Shown: positions 29,539 to 38,085 of the stretch, in pieces
Numbering within the stretch: position 1 is the stretch's first letter
Layout of the letters: the number at the start of each line of letters is the position of its first letter
Source: Candidatus Shapirobacteria bacterium
GTDB lineage: Bacteria > Patescibacteriota > Microgenomatia > UBA12405
Assembly: GCA_030698565.1 (NCBI GenBank)
Contig: JAUYJS010000005.1
Span: 10,607 to 74,606, forward strand
Length of the DNA stretch: 64,000 nt
Reading direction: 5' to 3'
Program-made: the position numbers and the translations under genes
Notes under the pieces: generated by a model
Seen by the model: the letters and a program-made list of their open reading frames with translations, nothing else
Databases searched by the model: none
Told to the model about the DNA's origin: nothing

Positions 29539-31748
29539 ATTTTTTGATTTCTATAAACATGTGGAATCCAAGTTGTATTCCACTTAGTTTCGAATAACTT
29601 TTTGTTGTCATTAAATAATTTTTGATATTCTTCGGTTCGGATTTTTTTGAATGATACTTCGCCATAGTGATGAATAAAAACGTCTTCGGCACATAATATT
29701 TCCATCCTCGCTTTTTTGATACGAACACAATAATCATCATCTTCAAACATGCCCCGACCGAATCTTTCGTCTAAATCTCCGATTTTTTTGTAAGTATTTT
29801 TGGACATTATCCAACAAAAAGCGGCAAGATTTTCTAGATTCAGAGTTTCACCCCAATGAGATGTGGTGTAGTTTTTGGCTTTAGTTTCCAGATCTTTTAT
29901 ATTTTTTGGATCATAAACAATATCGATCTTAGCTTCGTTGCCGATACTATTGGTTACTGGACCAACCAAGCCGACATTTTGTTTTTGACAGTGAAAAACA
30001 AGTCGATTTATCCAACCTGGGGTAACTAAAATGTCGTTGTTTAATAAAATTAAATAATCTCCGGTCGCCTTTTTTAGTCCAATATTGTTGCCTTTGGCAA
30101 AGCCGTAATTTTTGTTGTTTAAAATTATTTTTACATTTTTACAATCAGAATAGCTTTTAACAACATCTTTTGTTTCTTCATTAGAATTATTATCGACGAT
30201 TATTAATTCCATATTGGGATAAAATGACCTGTTTAGGACACTGTCAATTGAATCTTTGGACATTTCTGGGTTGTTATAGATCAATATAATTATGCTAACT
30301 TTCGGAAAAATATTTTTTTGGAGACACTGATCTAGTGTTTCTCCTCGATGTTGCCAATCGTTTTCTTTGGCGATGTTGGTTCTTTTTTTAACAAGTGTCT
30401 TATCTTTTTCTTTTAAGGCTCGATCAACTTGATCATTGAAGTTATTTTTGTTAGCAAAATACATAATGTCTTTATATTCTTCTATTTCTGGAAGTTTAGT
30501 ACTTACGACTGGTTTACCTGTAGCAAAAAATTCAAATATTTTTACAGGATGAGTTGCTTTGATTAATTCATTTAATATAAAGGGTATTATGCAGACATCA
30601 AATTGTTGCAAATAATTGGGTAAGTCTTGGTATTTCTTTTCTCCAAGAAGATAAATGTTTCTATATTTTAAAGCAAGACTTTGTACCTTATTATTGGTAA
30701 CTTCACCAATCAAAACTATTGAATATTTTGGATTTGCTTTAGCTACGGCTTCAAGTATTTTAGTATCAAACCATTGGGCAATCGCTCCATAATATCCAAT
30801 TATTGGATGGGATATATTTTTAATATCTTTGGGTGTTGGTAGTTTTATGGACAATACTTTATTAAAGTGTTTATAATCTCCGGCGTTTTTTAAAATTATA
30901 TTTCTGCTGCTATATTTTTGGGCTATCTTGAAAAGATAATTAGATGAGACAAAATTAATTAAACTGGTTTTGAATAAAAATTGTTCTTGTTTTGGTAAAT
31001 TACTTCCTGATTCAGTGAAGCCTTGATGATTGTCCATACAATCATAAAAATATGGAATTTGAAGGTCTTTAATTAAGTAGCTCCAAAAAGGATGGTCTAT
31101 TTTGGCGATTGGGCTGGAAATGTTGGCTAATTTTAGTAATGTCTTAATGGAGGCTAATATTATCTTAATATCTTTCTTAGTAGGAATATCGTTATAAATA
31201 AATAAGTTTTTGTGAGAACTTAAAATTACTTTGTAGATATTAGTCCCTCTTTTTTCAACTCGAATAGGTGCTAACGTTTTTTGATAATTTTTAAAAGTTA
31301 GGAATTCGTTTTCAATATAAAAAATTCGGTGGCCTTTTTTAGCCATTTCGGTAGCTAATTGTTGTGGTCGTTGATAACGAAAATCCCAGCAAATAACACT
31401 GAAATTTAAAATATCTAGATTAGAATTTTCCGTGTAGTTTTTACTCCAACTATTCCATTCTTTAATAATTTCTGGAGGAACGGAAGTCTTTGGTACTTTT
31501 AAAAAAATGTATTGATAAAAAGATAAAACCTTTTTTCTAAACCAAACTGGTGTAACTATTTTTATTGTTTTTATAAAAAATCCAATGACTTTTTTATAAA
31601 TACTTAACAAGAACCATGTTTTTGAATGGTAAATCTTATTTAACATAAAGAATAATTTATTTATCTCATCGTCTTTGGATTTTATCCTTTCTTTTAAACG
31701 ACGTATTTGACGATCTTTATTGTTAGCGTTTAATTTAACGCTTTTCAT
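29535..31748 (-). CDS. Two-domain glycosyltransferase: an N-terminal GT-B (GT4-like) region and a C-terminal GT2 domain.
   Basis: N-part WDFRYQRPQQLA and GKPVVSTKLPEIEEY. C-part VSIIILIYNNPEMSKDSIDSV...IIVDNNSNEE. 737 aa. Confidence 0.65.
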   Translation of the reverse strand: MKSVKLNANNKDRQIRRLKERIKSKDDEINKLFFMLNKIYHSKTWFLLSIYKKVIGFFIKTIKIVTPVWFRKKVLSFYQYIFLKVPKTSVPPEIIKEWNSWSKNYTENSNLDILNFSVICWDFRYQRPQQLATEMAKKGHRIFYIENEFLTFKNYQKTLAPIRVEKRGTNIYKVILSSHKNLFIYNDIPTKKDIKIILASIKTLLKLANISSPIAKIDHPFWSYLIKDLQIPYFYDCMDNHQGFTESGSNLPKQEQFLFKTSLINFVSSNYLFKIAQKYSSRNIILKNAGDYKHFNKVLSIKLPTPKDIKNISHPIIGYYGAIAQWFDTKILEAVAKANPKYSIVLIGEVTNNKVQSLALKYRNIYLLGEKKYQDLPNYLQQFDVCIIPFILNELIKATHPVKIFEFFATGKPVVSTKLPEIEEYKDIMYFANKNNFNDQVDRALKEKDKTLVKKRTNIAKENDWQHRGETLDQCLQKNIFPKVSIIILIYNNPEMSKDSIDSVLNRSFYPNMELIIVDNNSNEETKDVVKSYSDCKNVKIILNNKNYGFAKGNNIGLKKATGDYLILLNNDILVTPGWINRLVFHCQKQNVGLVGPVTNSIGNEAKIDIVYDPKNIKDLETKAKNYTTSHWGETLNLENLAAFCWIMSKNTYKKIGDLDERFGRGMFEDDDYCVRIKKARMEILCAEDVFIHHYGEVSFKKIRTEEYQKLFNDNKKLFETKWNTTWIPHVYRNQKI

Positions 31749-32676
31749 TCTTAATTAAATTAATAAGTCTAATTTTAAATAATGAATATAAATCTTTTAA
31801 AATAGAAACGAATGTAGTTTTTGTAACAGTGAGTTGTTGATTTAAAATCAAAACTTTATTTTGTAAATCATTAATTTGTATTTGATATTCTCTATTTTTT
31901 GAAACAATCATTTCCCAATCTTTATACCAAAACTCCATCGGTTTTATAATATCTTTATTTTTATATGAAACATAGTTTTTCGGCTTTTGTTTCATCGCAC
32001 TTATTATGAATTGAAAAACTTTTGAATGCGGTTGATTTAATATATCAATGAGATGTTTATTTTTTTTTTGTTTTTTGTTTAGAAATATTTTTAAAATATC
32101 GGTCGGTATGTCCGCAACTGTAAAATCAACTTTATCAATATAGAGGCCAGAATTTTCTACTAAACTTATTGCTCCATTGTAATCAAAAAAGTGGACATGG
32201 GTTTTATCTAATAAGCCGCTTTCCTCATAATTCCATTGGCCGTTTATTAATTCTATTAATATTGATTGATGAGTAATGTTTGGCACAGAAATATAGACAT
32301 GTCCATTTTCTTTTAAAACTGAACAGGAACTAGTTAAAACTTCTTGAGGGTTTCTTAAATGTTCTAAAACATCAGCAAAAATTAAACTATCGAATCTTTT
32401 ATTTAAAAATGTTTTTTTCCAATTCAAATTTTCTAGGTTACTAATTATCACACGATCTAAGAGCGTTTGAGCTTCTTTGGCGTCATCCTTATTCATTTCA
32501 ATACCCCAGACCTCAAAATTTTTGTGATCTTTTATAAATTTTCCAAAATATCCGGATGAACAACCTACATCCAATATTGTTTGAGTGTTTACTCCAATCA
32601 AATTATTAATTTTATTAAGTGATGAATTAGGATTGTTCAATATTTCTGTTGTAAAACTTTCTGAATATATACTCAT
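31735..32676 (-). CDS. Class I SAM-dependent methyltransferase.
   Basis: ILDVGCSSGYFGKF, FDSLIFADVLEHLRNP. Confidence 0.75.
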   Translation of the reverse strand: MSIYSESFTTEILNNPNSSLNKINNLIGVNTQTILDVGCSSGYFGKFIKDHKNFEVWGIEMNKDDAKEAQTLLDRVIISNLENLNWKKTFLNKRFDSLIFADVLEHLRNPQEVLTSSCSVLKENGHVYISVPNITHQSILIELINGQWNYEESGLLDKTHVHFFDYNGAISLVENSGLYIDKVDFTVADIPTDILKIFLNKKQKKNKHLIDILNQPHSKVFQFIISAMKQKPKNYVSYKNKDIIKPMEFWYKDWEMIVSKNREYQIQINDLQNKVLILNQQLTVTKTTFVSILKDLYSLFKIRLINLIKNEKR

Positions 32677-32744
32677 AATTTTCGGTATTTAAGTTAAAAT
32701 AGTATATCGTTTTTTATTATTTATTGGTTGATTAAATTTACCGT

Positions 32745-33998
32745 TTAGTTAAAGATTAGGTTTTTATAAAACTTATTATCGAGAGTGGAAAATTGTTTGT
32801 TTATATCTGTTATATATTTTTTTTCCTTATCTATATTTTTTAAAATCCTTTCGGTTTTATTTTTAAGTTCATTAAAAATGTTTTTGTTATTTAGATTTAT
32901 ACTGTAATCAGAGTACTTTTCGGAATAATAAAAATTTAAAGCACCAATATTTTTTTGTGAGTAATATTCGTCTGAAATGAATGTCATACAGGGGACGTTT
33001 TCTGATAATGAGAAGACAATACCGTGATATCTTGATGAAAAAACTAAATCACAAGTGGATGTAAGCGTCTTACTAATCTGAGCTATTTCATAATTTGTTT
33101 GCGTATAAAAATTTATATCTAGTCCAAGAACAATAATAGAATTCTTCAATTTTTTTGTAATTTTTGACATATATATTACATCTCCATAACTTTCAAATTC
33201 ATTTGTCGCTATAATGTGTGGAATCAATAATATTTCTATAGAGTACTTCTTAGATATTTGTTGTATAAGACGTACCAAATTGCTTACTAGAATTTCGTTA
33301 TAATTTTTCCATTGATGTATACTAATTCCAATTCTGATTTTTGATTGTCGAGCAATATTTATATTTTTATTTTTTATTGTAGGTAAAGAATGGGCTGCGT
33401 CAAGTGTTTTTCCTATGTTGGGTAGTATTATTCCATATTTTAATAGAGAATTATTGGGTTCACGAATATTTATTACTTTGACTAAATTTAGGACAAAAAA
33501 AGAAATAACCTTATCAGTAAAATTAAAAGGACCAATTGTTTGACTGGTTAGAAATATTTTCTTTCCTAATATTTTAGCTATTACAATTAAAGAATAAGAA
33601 TAAAAAAGCCATGGTTTAAAAAGACTGGTTAAATTACCACCTCCACAAAAATGAATTATGTCTTGTTCTCTTATAATATTTATAAACTCAAACTCATTTT
33701 TTGATAAAAAGTTTGTTTTTGAAAATTTATATAATAAAAATTTTAAAATGAGTTTCAAAAAATATATTCTTGGCTTTTCATTATTGAAATCAAAATTTAA
33801 TAATTCTGTAACTTTTAAATTTTGATGATTTTTTTTACTAGTAAAGATACTGAGATTTGTACTTTTATGATTTTTTTGATACCAATAGTAGGTTTCCAAA
33901 AACATTGCCTCATCACCTATATGATAAAAACCATTGTTGGCTGTTCCAATATTGGCAAAAAGTAATATTTTCATGTTGTATAATAAAAATGATATCAA
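32745..33998 (-). CDS. Polysaccharide pyruvyl transferase (CsaB/WcaK-like, PS_pyruv_trans) candidate.
   Basis: N-terminal MKILLFANIGTANNGFYHIGDEAMF resembles the G.N.GDEA signature at the start of pyruvyl transferases. The call is moderate only. Confidence 0.45.
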   Translation of the reverse strand: MISFLLYNMKILLFANIGTANNGFYHIGDEAMFLETYYWYQKNHKSTNLSIFTSKKNHQNLKVTELLNFDFNNEKPRIYFLKLILKFLLYKFSKTNFLSKNEFEFINIIREQDIIHFCGGGNLTSLFKPWLFYSYSLIVIAKILGKKIFLTSQTIGPFNFTDKVISFFVLNLVKVINIREPNNSLLKYGIILPNIGKTLDAAHSLPTIKNKNINIARQSKIRIGISIHQWKNYNEILVSNLVRLIQQISKKYSIEILLIPHIIATNEFESYGDVIYMSKITKKLKNSIIVLGLDINFYTQTNYEIAQISKTLTSTCDLVFSSRYHGIVFSLSENVPCMTFISDEYYSQKNIGALNFYYSEKYSDYSINLNNKNIFNELKNKTERILKNIDKEKKYITDINKQFSTLDNKFYKNLIFN

Positions 33999-33999
33999 A

Positions 34000-34008
34000 A
34001 GTATGCTT
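34000..34008 (+). promoter_or_regulatory. TTGTATAAT promoter-like element in the divergent intergenic region, 27 nt upstream of the 34036 start.
   Basis: Same TTGTATAA core as at 17048 and 37082. Confidence 0.35.
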
Positions 34009-34035
34009 GAAAATTATACCTTAATAACGAGTTGA

Positions 34036-34935
34036 ATGAAAAAAACTAAAAAATTAATAATGACCTTATTGGTTAGAGATGAAGATGATATTTTAGAAAA
34101 AAATATAATATTTCATTTAAATCAAGGAGTTGACCATATTGTTGTTACTGATAATGACTCTGTTGATGGAACCAGGGATATCTTAGAAAAGTATAAGAAG
34201 AAGGGTGTGTTGTCTTATGTAATTGAAAGTAAGCATACGTACGAACAAGATGTGTGGGTGTCTAATATGGCTAAAAATGCCATTCGTAACTATGATGCTG
34301 ATTATGTTTTACATTGTGATGCGGATGAATTTTGGTTATCTGACGTGGGCGATTTAAAAAGTATAATATTTAAAGAAAGTTCTGATATTTTACATGTACC
34401 AGTAATTAATTATTTGCCGCCAAAAGACACTAATATAGATGGCTTTAACTTCGATAATTATAATTATATTGTTTCTTTAACAAGAGGTTGTCCTGGAGTA
34501 CTTAAAGATAGAATCAGTAGTGATTTGTTGTTATACACTTATCCAGAAAAAATAATTACTTCAAAAAAGATAGTAGATATTGGTTACGGTAACGATTCGG
34601 CTACATTTAATGGTGAGATAGAAGAAAAACATACCGATAAAATTCATATTCATCATTTTCCAATAAGAAATTGGAATCAGTTTGAAAGAAAAGTCTTTAA
34701 TGGCGGAAGTTCATATAAAAATAATCCAATAAAAAATCCAAGTATAGGTTGGCATTGGAAATCATGGTTTAGGATATACAAAAATGGTGGGTTATATAAG
34801 GAGTATGAAAAGATATCGCTAAAATATGATTTTTCTAATTATCTAGAAAACGGAATAGTAAAATATAGTTCTGTGCCTTTTAAAATTAAATATGCAGATA
34901 TTTTAAGGAAATTACACTTAACTTTTAAATTCTAG
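34036..34935 (+). CDS. Putative GT-A-like glycosyltransferase (GT2-like/GT92-like).
   Basis: LVRDEDDILEKNIIFHLNQGVDHIVVTDNDSVDGTRDIL is a DXD-containing nucleotide-binding start. The family is uncertain. Confidence 0.4.
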   Translation: MKKTKKLIMTLLVRDEDDILEKNIIFHLNQGVDHIVVTDNDSVDGTRDILEKYKKKGVLSYVIESKHTYEQDVWVSNMAKNAIRNYDADYVLHCDADEFWLSDVGDLKSIIFKESSDILHVPVINYLPPKDTNIDGFNFDNYNYIVSLTRGCPGVLKDRISSDLLLYTYPEKIITSKKIVDIGYGNDSATFNGEIEEKHTDKIHIHHFPIRNWNQFERKVFNGGSSYKNNPIKNPSIGWHWKSWFRIYKNGGLYKEYEKISLKYDFSNYLENGIVKYSSVPFKIKYADILRKLHLTFKF

Positions 34936-35668
34936 GTATTTTGTTTTTGATATAAATATTTGTTATTTTTTCAGGTTTACCGATTGCTTGGAGTTGTCCA
35001 TTTTTCAGAAATATGGCTTTTGTACAAAAAGATTTTATTTGTTCTTGCGAGTGGGATACAAATAGAATTGTTACTCCTTGTTGCTTAAACTCTTCCATTT
35101 TTTTGAAACATTTTGCTTGAAACGCGGTGTCGCCGACAGCGAGGATTTCGTCGACAATTAATATTTCCGGATTGACGTGGATAGCGACGGCAAAAGCTAA
35201 GCGCATATACATGCCAGAAGAATAGTGCTTGACTGGTTGATCGATAAATTCCCATAATTCGGCAAAATCGACAATGCTTTTAAATTTTTCGTCAATTTCT
35301 TTTTTCTTTAATCCCAAAATAGCACCATTTAAATACACATTTTCGTAGCCTGTTAATTCTGGATGCATGCCAGCACCTAGCTCGATTAGAGGTGAAATTT
35401 TACCTCTAACTATGACCTTGCCTGTTGTGGGCCACATGACACCGGCGACTAACTTTAGAATAGTTGATTTACCTGAACCGTTTGGCCCAATAATACCTAG
35501 AGTTTCTCCTTTGTTAACTTTGAAACTGATATTGGATAATGCTTTGAAGGCTTGTTTGGTTTCTTTGCCACTAAATAAGGCCGGTAAAAATTCTTTAAAA
35601 GTTTTTTGACTTAGTTTACTGAATTCTTTGGTAACGTTTTGGAATTCGATTATTGGTTCGTTTGACAT
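34925..35668 (-). CDS. wzt: ABC transporter ATP-binding protein of the polysaccharide/teichoic-acid exporter type (Wzt/TagH/KpsT-like).
   Basis: Walker A GIIGPNGSGKST, signature YSSGMYMRLAFAVA (the SSGM..RLAFA variant typical of Wzt/TagH), Walker B ILIVDE. Confidence 0.85.
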   Translation of the reverse strand: MSNEPIIEFQNVTKEFSKLSQKTFKEFLPALFSGKETKQAFKALSNISFKVNKGETLGIIGPNGSGKSTILKLVAGVMWPTTGKVIVRGKISPLIELGAGMHPELTGYENVYLNGAILGLKKKEIDEKFKSIVDFAELWEFIDQPVKHYSSGMYMRLAFAVAIHVNPEILIVDEILAVGDTAFQAKCFKKMEEFKQQGVTILFVSHSQEQIKSFCTKAIFLKNGQLQAIGKPEKITNIYIKNKIPRI

Positions 35669-35726
35669 TGATTTGTTTTATTATATAATTGCTTTATCAC
35701 GATGAGAGGACTACCAAAGGGCAATC

Positions 35727-36248
35727 TTATTTCCCGCGGGAATGCCTCTCTTTTTCTTTTTTAATTTGTAACTTTTCTTTGGCAATATTGAGTGGAAAAA
35801 TATGACTGGCATATTTTCTTAGTAATGATGAATATTTTTGATTTGGAACAATCACTTTCGCTAGTTTATGGTTTTTTTCTAAATATTCAACAAGGCAATA
35901 AAAATCACCGTCTCCTGAAACGATTATTGCTTGATTGTAGTGTGGATATTCAATCATGGCATGTAAGACTAATTCAGCATCTACATTGCCTTTGACAGTA
36001 GTTTTATCATCTTTTTTAACTTCCAAAACATGCTTAAAAATTAAAATATATCCAACTTCTTGTAAGTAATGATAAAGGCTTGAGTTTCCTTCGATATAAC
36101 CAATAAAAAGATACGTTTTTTTAACTTTGAATTTATTTAATAAATATGTTCTAAATTTACCAAAATCAAGTTTCCATCCGTTGAGTTGAGTACCTAAATT
36201 AAGATTTTGACTGTCGATGAAAGCATATGTAAGAGTATTGGACTTCAT
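35727..36248 (-). CDS. NYN-domain protein (LabA/PIN-like nuclease fold, COG1432).
   Basis: AFIDSQNL near the N-terminus, GNVDAELVLHAM, VSGDGDFYCLVEYL. 173 aa. Confidence 0.7.
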   Translation of the reverse strand: MKSNTLTYAFIDSQNLNLGTQLNGWKLDFGKFRTYLLNKFKVKKTYLFIGYIEGNSSLYHYLQEVGYILIFKHVLEVKKDDKTTVKGNVDAELVLHAMIEYPHYNQAIIVSGDGDFYCLVEYLEKNHKLAKVIVPNQKYSSLLRKYASHIFPLNIAKEKLQIKKEKERHSRGK

Positions 36249-36260
36249 TTTTTGTATGTT

Positions 36261-37061
36261 TTAGACATTATCGGCAAATATTTTTTCTTTATTTTTAAAG
36301 TATGCCAGGCCTAAAAATAAAGTTACTAGAGATAAAAGTAAACCGATACCTAGACTATTTATATTTGGTGATCCCCCGCCTAGCACTGTTTGTCGATAGG
36401 CGTTAACTATAACACTCATTGGATTTAGCTGGAAGAAAATTTTGAAACGTTCGGGTACAATATCGACTGGATAAATTATGGGGGTTATGTATAACCATAA
36501 AGTTAGTAGAAGAGCCAATAGATATTGAATGTCTCGGTATAAAAGATTGGCGGCAGCAAAGAAAAGTGATAAACCCAAAGTAAAAATTTGTTGAATTAAA
36601 AATATAGGAATTACCCAAAGAATATTTAGGTTTATAGAAATTTTAAAATAAATCATGTATATAAGTAGAATACTTAAAGCAAATAAAAAATCGATTATTT
36701 TTGCAACAACAGTAGAAATTACTAAAATAGTTCTTGGAAAATAAATCTTTGTTATTAAACTAGAAGAACCGACCAAGGCATTGCTGGCAGAGGAAAGTGA
36801 GGTGGAGAAAAGATTCCAAGGCAAAAGTGCTACGAAAAGGAAAACAGAATAAGGAATATGGCTACTAGCGTTTGTGGGAATACGTAAGATAACTGAAAAG
36901 GCAAAGCTCATTACAAGCATTTGAGCTAAAGGATTTAAAATTACCCAAAAATAACCTAATACAGATTGTTTGTAGCGGGCCTTGACTTCTCTGCCAACCA
37001 TTTGCCAAAGTAGTTCTTTCCATTTAATTATGTCCCTAATCTCAGTTACTATTTGGAGCAT
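36261..37061 (-). CDS. wzm: ABC-2 type transporter permease (Wzm/TagG/KpsM-like).
   Basis: 266 aa with 6 TM helices. The N-terminal LWQMVGREVKARYKQSVLGYFWVILNP is typical of ABC-2 permeases. Confidence 0.75.
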   Translation of the reverse strand: MLQIVTEIRDIIKWKELLWQMVGREVKARYKQSVLGYFWVILNPLAQMLVMSFAFSVILRIPTNASSHIPYSVFLFVALLPWNLFSTSLSSASNALVGSSSLITKIYFPRTILVISTVVAKIIDFLFALSILLIYMIYFKISINLNILWVIPIFLIQQIFTLGLSLFFAAANLLYRDIQYLLALLLTLWLYITPIIYPVDIVPERFKIFFQLNPMSVIVNAYRQTVLGGGSPNINSLGIGLLLSLVTLFLGLAYFKNKEKIFADNV

Positions 37062-37081
37062 GAGCTTATTATAACTTATTA

Positions 37082-37090
37082 TTGTATAAT
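37082..37090 (+). promoter_or_regulatory. TTGTATAAT promoter-like element 11 nt upstream of the YvcK-like gene start, in the divergent region with wzm.
   Basis: Same TTGTATAA core. Intergenic 37062-37101. Confidence 0.35.
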
Positions 37091-37101
37091 TCGTTTTATA
37101 T

Positions 37102-38079
37102 ATGAATAATAAAATGAAAGTTTGTACTATTGGTGGCGGGTCGGGTATGCCGATTGTTAATAAAAGTTTGGTTGATGCTGGTTTTGAAGATATTCATTCT
37201 ATCGTAACTACATTTGATAGCGGTGGCGATAGTGGCAGAATGAGAACTGATGAAAGAGGTAAAATTTTAGCTTATTCCGATTATTGGCGATCTTTAATTT
37301 CTATTTGGAAAGATGGTAAACAAAAAGCCATTTGGGAAGAAATGTTGAGGTATCGTGATGGTCGAGGCAGGAATTTTGGAAATATATTTTTTCAATTTTT
37401 AGCGGAAAAAGAAGGAAACTTATCAAAAGTCGATGCGGTTTTTGCCACTTTAATTGATGCTCAGTTTAAAGGAGAAGTTATCCCGGTTTCGTTGTCCCCT
37501 GCCGATGTTTGTTTTAGAACAATTACTGGAAAGGAATATTATGGTGAACATAATTTGGATGATCTTAGAATGTCTTTGGACAAAGTAGAAGAGGTTTGGT
37601 TAGAACCAAATGTGCAAGCCAATCCTGAGGCAATTGAGACACTAAAAACTGCTAACTTAATAATTTTATGTCCTGGTACTATGTATGGTTCTATTATTCC
37701 TAACTTTTTACCAGTCGGAATGAGGGAGGCTTATAATGAAAGCAAGTCAAAAAAGATTTTAATGACCAATATAATGTCTGTGGCAAATGAAGACGAGGGA
37801 TTTTGTCAGGATGATTACGTAAAGGTTTTTGGTAATTACTTAAGAACTGAAAGACCGTTTGATTATATTTTAATGGCTGATTTAGAAAATCTAGATAAGG
37901 ATTTATTAAAAAAAGCCTTGCTTTCTTATTCTTTGGAACACTCATCGCCTATTAAATATAATTCAGAAAGTACTGTTGAAACTATCTTGGCTGATATAGC
38001 AACGATCGATGAAACTAATTTGAGGTTGAGACATGATAATAATAAGGTTGCCGAGTTTTTTAAATCATTTGAGCCCTAG
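37102..38079 (+). CDS. YvcK/CofD-family (UPF0052) protein. It is a gluconeogenesis-factor / 2-phospho-L-lactate-transferase fold and a likely UDP-sugar binding protein.
   Basis: VCTIGGGSG near the N-terminus and ILCPGTMYGSIIPNFLPV, matching the GPGSLYTS..PNLLV motif of the family. Confidence 0.65.
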   Translation: MNNKMKVCTIGGGSGMPIVNKSLVDAGFEDIHSIVTTFDSGGDSGRMRTDERGKILAYSDYWRSLISIWKDGKQKAIWEEMLRYRDGRGRNFGNIFFQFLAEKEGNLSKVDAVFATLIDAQFKGEVIPVSLSPADVCFRTITGKEYYGEHNLDDLRMSLDKVEEVWLEPNVQANPEAIETLKTANLIILCPGTMYGSIIPNFLPVGMREAYNESKSKKILMTNIMSVANEDEGFCQDDYVKVFGNYLRTERPFDYILMADLENLDKDLLKKALLSYSLEHSSPIKYNSESTVETILADIATIDETNLRLRHDNNKVAEFFKSFEP

Positions 38080-38085
38080 GTATTT

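Noticed and set aside
35704-35750. GC-rich inverted repeat GAGAGG...TTCCCGCGGGAA...CCTCTC at the end of the NYN gene, considered as a terminator or mobile-element end.
   Set aside because: It lies within and just after the NYN CDS C-terminus (it encodes ..ERHSRGK). It has no following T-tract on either strand and no second copy in the window. I kept it only as a note under the NYN finding.
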